64,000 nucleotides of DNA, taken from NCBI GenBank assembly GCA_025558095.1, contig JAIVFI010000019.1:372001-436000 (forward strand), given 5' to 3'. The notes beneath the pieces were generated by a model. It ran no database searches. It was not told the origin of the DNA and saw only the letters and a program-made list of their open reading frames with translations. Position numbers and translations under genes: made by a program. Below are positions 61,519-64,000 of this stretch, piece by piece (within the stretch, counting starts at the first letter, position 1; every line of letters starts with the position of its first letter). The DNA is from Hyaloraphidium curvatum SAG 235-1. Lineage: Eukaryota > Fungi > Monoblepharomycota.

Positions 61519-61821
61519 GGGGTTCAAGGATTAATGGGACTCCACTCGGATCGCACAACGGGACAGCGAATCAGGAGCGGCACATGGGGACGCTGCAGAA
61601 GCTGGGAGCTTCACATAGCATTTGTGCAGGGACGCTTGATTTCGCGGGACCTCGGGGCCGGCACAGCGGCTGGGTGCTGTCTGGCTGCCACCACTGTGAC
61701 TCTGCATTGTTGCGCGAACGGACACTAACTCTAGCTTGCGCTGCGGAAGTCTGATCCCGTCCCCCCGGCGCTGCCTCCCGTGCTAGCTTCGCGCGGAGCG
61801 GACCCAATTCTGTTCTGGGCC

Positions 61822-61853
61822 GGGGGGCTGGGGGGGAGGGGGGGGGGGGGGGG
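61822..61853 (+). repeat. Poly-G tract with G-quadruplex potential
   Basis: Near-pure G run interrupted only by 'ct' and 'a', at the gene/transposon boundary. Confidence 0.85.
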
Positions 61854-62209
61854 TGTTAGGTTCGCAGCAGGATCTTTCTATTGATGGGTGTTGATTGGGA
61901 CGATGTTCCTTGTGGAAGAGCGGCGATGGGTCCAAATGCATGCCCTCTCATTTCACCCCAAAGGTACAGCTGATCACTAGGCTGATGTCCAAGGTCTGAG
62001 AATGGTGAGCTTGCTGGCCGCCATGTCCTCCACTCCTCCAAGTTCCAAAGTGAAATGTAAGGAGTGTTACCCTTTTGTAAGCTTGCTGGACACCTACAGC
62101 ATTTGCCATCCCAGGGCCTACGTCAAGGACCCAGTCAACTGCAGCAAACTGTGAACAGACCATCCATTTCGTCTTCTTCACGGACAAGACTACCTTCCTT
62201 GCGCACTGG

Positions 62210-62372
62210 TCGAAAAGCGTGTAATCCGTTCAGAGCAGCACACAGATCGGAGGGGAAAACAGCTGCTTGCGCTGTGCCAGGAGGAGGAGCTTGTGATCCT
62301 AAACGGCCACCTCGAACCAGGGGCAACAACCCGTGCAGGGAAAGATGGCAAGCACGACAGAAGAATACAATA
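62210..62372 (+). mobile_element. Decayed non-LTR retrotransposon APE-endonuclease fragment
   Basis: Translates to TDRRGKQLLALCQEEELVILNG, matching the 'G..LL.LC....L.ILNG' pattern of LINE endonucleases; flanked by stops. Confidence 0.5.
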
Positions 62373-62755
62373 GTATTGGTGACCGGACCTGCCCCTGGCT
62401 TGGCCACTGTTACACCATCAGTTTGCTGCTAATTTGAAGTTCGTCAACGTGCATCTTTGTCATTTTCCCCGTTTTCTGTCCTTCATGGACTTTGAGATAA
62501 TGAAGCTGGCAATGGAGTGTTGGAATGGGTCGTTGCTACGATTCTGTATCAATAGGGAGTCTATTGGCGTGTGGGGATACTTGGGTACGACCGGAGGGGT
62601 CATCTAGGGACTTGTCATCATCTCAAGCTTTTCAGAAATGCTTTCATGAGTGTGTCGATCACGTTGAAAATGAGAATCCATCCGGTACCTTCAATCCACG
62701 GTTGGACAACGGGTCAACGTGAAACTGTCCCTCTCCCCATCCCGTCCATCTGAGT

Positions 62756-63494
62756 TCAGACCCGGTTCAGACCACTGGGGCTACGTCTTCCCCACGCCCC
62801 ATAGCCACTCCAACATGGATCAGAGTTGAGGGCCTTCTCCTTTTGCCGCCTCACTTTGATCGTGGGCTCGAACTCCTTGATGCTAAGAGCCCACAGCCAG
62901 GTCTCCACGTTCCACTTGCGGCCCAGTGCTTCCAGTCTGGTCTGCAGCTTCTGGCGCCGCTCTGCATTTGCTGAACAGTGGAACAGAAAGTGTTGTTCGT
63001 CTCCCATGTGCTCAGGGTCATGTTTGCACATCCTCTGCTGCACCTCATGTCCTTGGTGCCTGCCTGTCTCCACCTCCAGGTCGTGGGTAGAGCAGAGCAG
63101 CTTCTGGACGTCCCTCCGGTGCTTCTCCACCCGGATCAGCGACGGTGCAATGTGACCAAAGGTCATGTCCCACATCCTCCAGAAGTGCAGCTTGTCGTTG
63201 TCCTTGAGCTTCTGGGCATTGATCTCCCTGAACTTGCCCTTCACATGATTCTCCAGTCTCCTTGGCCCATTAAAAAGTGTCCTTCTCCCACATCTCCCTC
63301 CCCTCCTCTCCACCATAGTACACAAGTAGTTCCCTCAGGAAGACAGCCCAGTTCCAGCACCCCTGCAGTGTCTCGATCTTGAGCTCCTTGTAGAGCAGGT
63401 ACAATGCAGGGTCAGCTGTTTTGATGCGCATGAGGAACTTGAGAGCCGACTCATGGTGATCATGAACTGCAAGAGGGTACTGATGGCCAGTGAT
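62756..63494 (-). mobile_element. Decayed LINE ORF2 C-terminal region (zf-RVT-like)
   Basis: HDLEVETGRH..RMCKHD..GDEQHFLFHC, a degenerate CCHC typical of LINE ORF2 ends; frameshifts and stops upstream. Confidence 0.7.
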
Positions 63495-64000
63495 TGTTGT
63501 GACGAGGTTGTTCGTTGTGACGGACGACTGGTCCGGCCTCTAGCCGACGTGGACGGAAGGATGCGTGACCCCTGTGTGTGGGGAATTCCGTCGTGTTGTG
63601 ATTGGAGTTGGGGCCGCTTCTCTAAGTCGCCGCCAGCCTAACAACCTCGTCGCAACACTCCCCCCGAAGCGGGACCAACTCCTCCCCCCAACCTCTTTAG
63701 AGGAAGCGCTCTTTCGGCTGAGCTATTGTCATGATGTCCGCAAGTTGTTTTCCGGATTCAATGTCCTGAACCACGATTGTTCCAAGTTCCTGTTGTTGTC
63801 GAGTCAAATGGTACCGAATTGCAATGTGTTTGGTGCGCTCATGGTGAACAGGATTGTAAACCAAGTCCTGTGCCGAAGCATTGTCTTCGTGGATGATGGT
63901 GGGGCCTGGCATTGGAAACCCCAGTTCCGCAAAAAGGGTGCGCAAGTACATCACATCCCTTGTGGCTTGTGCCAGGGCAATGTACTCTGCTTCGGTAGTG
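63495..64000 (-). mobile_element. Ty1/copia retrotransposon 3' end: RNase H, polypurine tract and 3' LTR (63495-63657)
   Basis: TTEAEYIALAQATRDVMYLR, IHEDNASA, RTKHIAIRYH, QLADIMT; GGGGGAG PPT directly before TGTTG; LTR ends in CAACA. Confidence 0.9.

Noticed and set aside
61519-61820. Possible tRNA or ncRNA after NC2-alpha
   Set aside because: I could not identify a cloverleaf or A/B boxes.

Overview
Gene-dense, GC-rich eukaryotic DNA with many short (mostly ~50-70 nt) spliceosomal introns. The gene content (trifunctional TrpG-C-F, trifunctional FOL1, ARO7-type chorismate mutase, FZO1, plus animal-like SIVA, GM130-like and YTHDC-like genes) points to an early-diverging, chytrid-grade fungus; this is an inference. 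About 35 protein genes fill 1-61.5 kb, mostly as tightly packed divergent or convergent pairs: TRP2, TRP3/trpC, DRS1, PAAF1/RPN14-like, L-type lectin, MPDU1, transportin, ARO7, ALY/Yra1-like, LSG1, a CaMK-like kinase, an AhpD-like protein, a metallophosphoesterase, NUF2, RNF5-like, COA1, VMA13, HTS1, a FYVE protein, a class II HMG-CoA reductase fusion, a YTH protein, POL3, SIVA-like, an orphan coiled coil, SEC11, HPC2/ubinuclein-like, epsin, GET5, PHO85/CDK5, RAM2, FOL1, a golgin, FZO1, RPL17 and NC2-alpha. After a poly-G tract at ~61.85 kb the sequence switches to decayed LINE fragments with a Ty1/copia 3' end nested next to them. The best candidate for new biology is a soluble, prokaryote-type (class II) HMG-CoA reductase fused to a ~450-aa C-terminal region whose last part reads like a catalytically dead trans-prenyltransferase fold, possibly a built-in isoprenoid-diphosphate sensor. 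All gene models were spliced by eye and no database searches were run, so exon boundaries are approximate.
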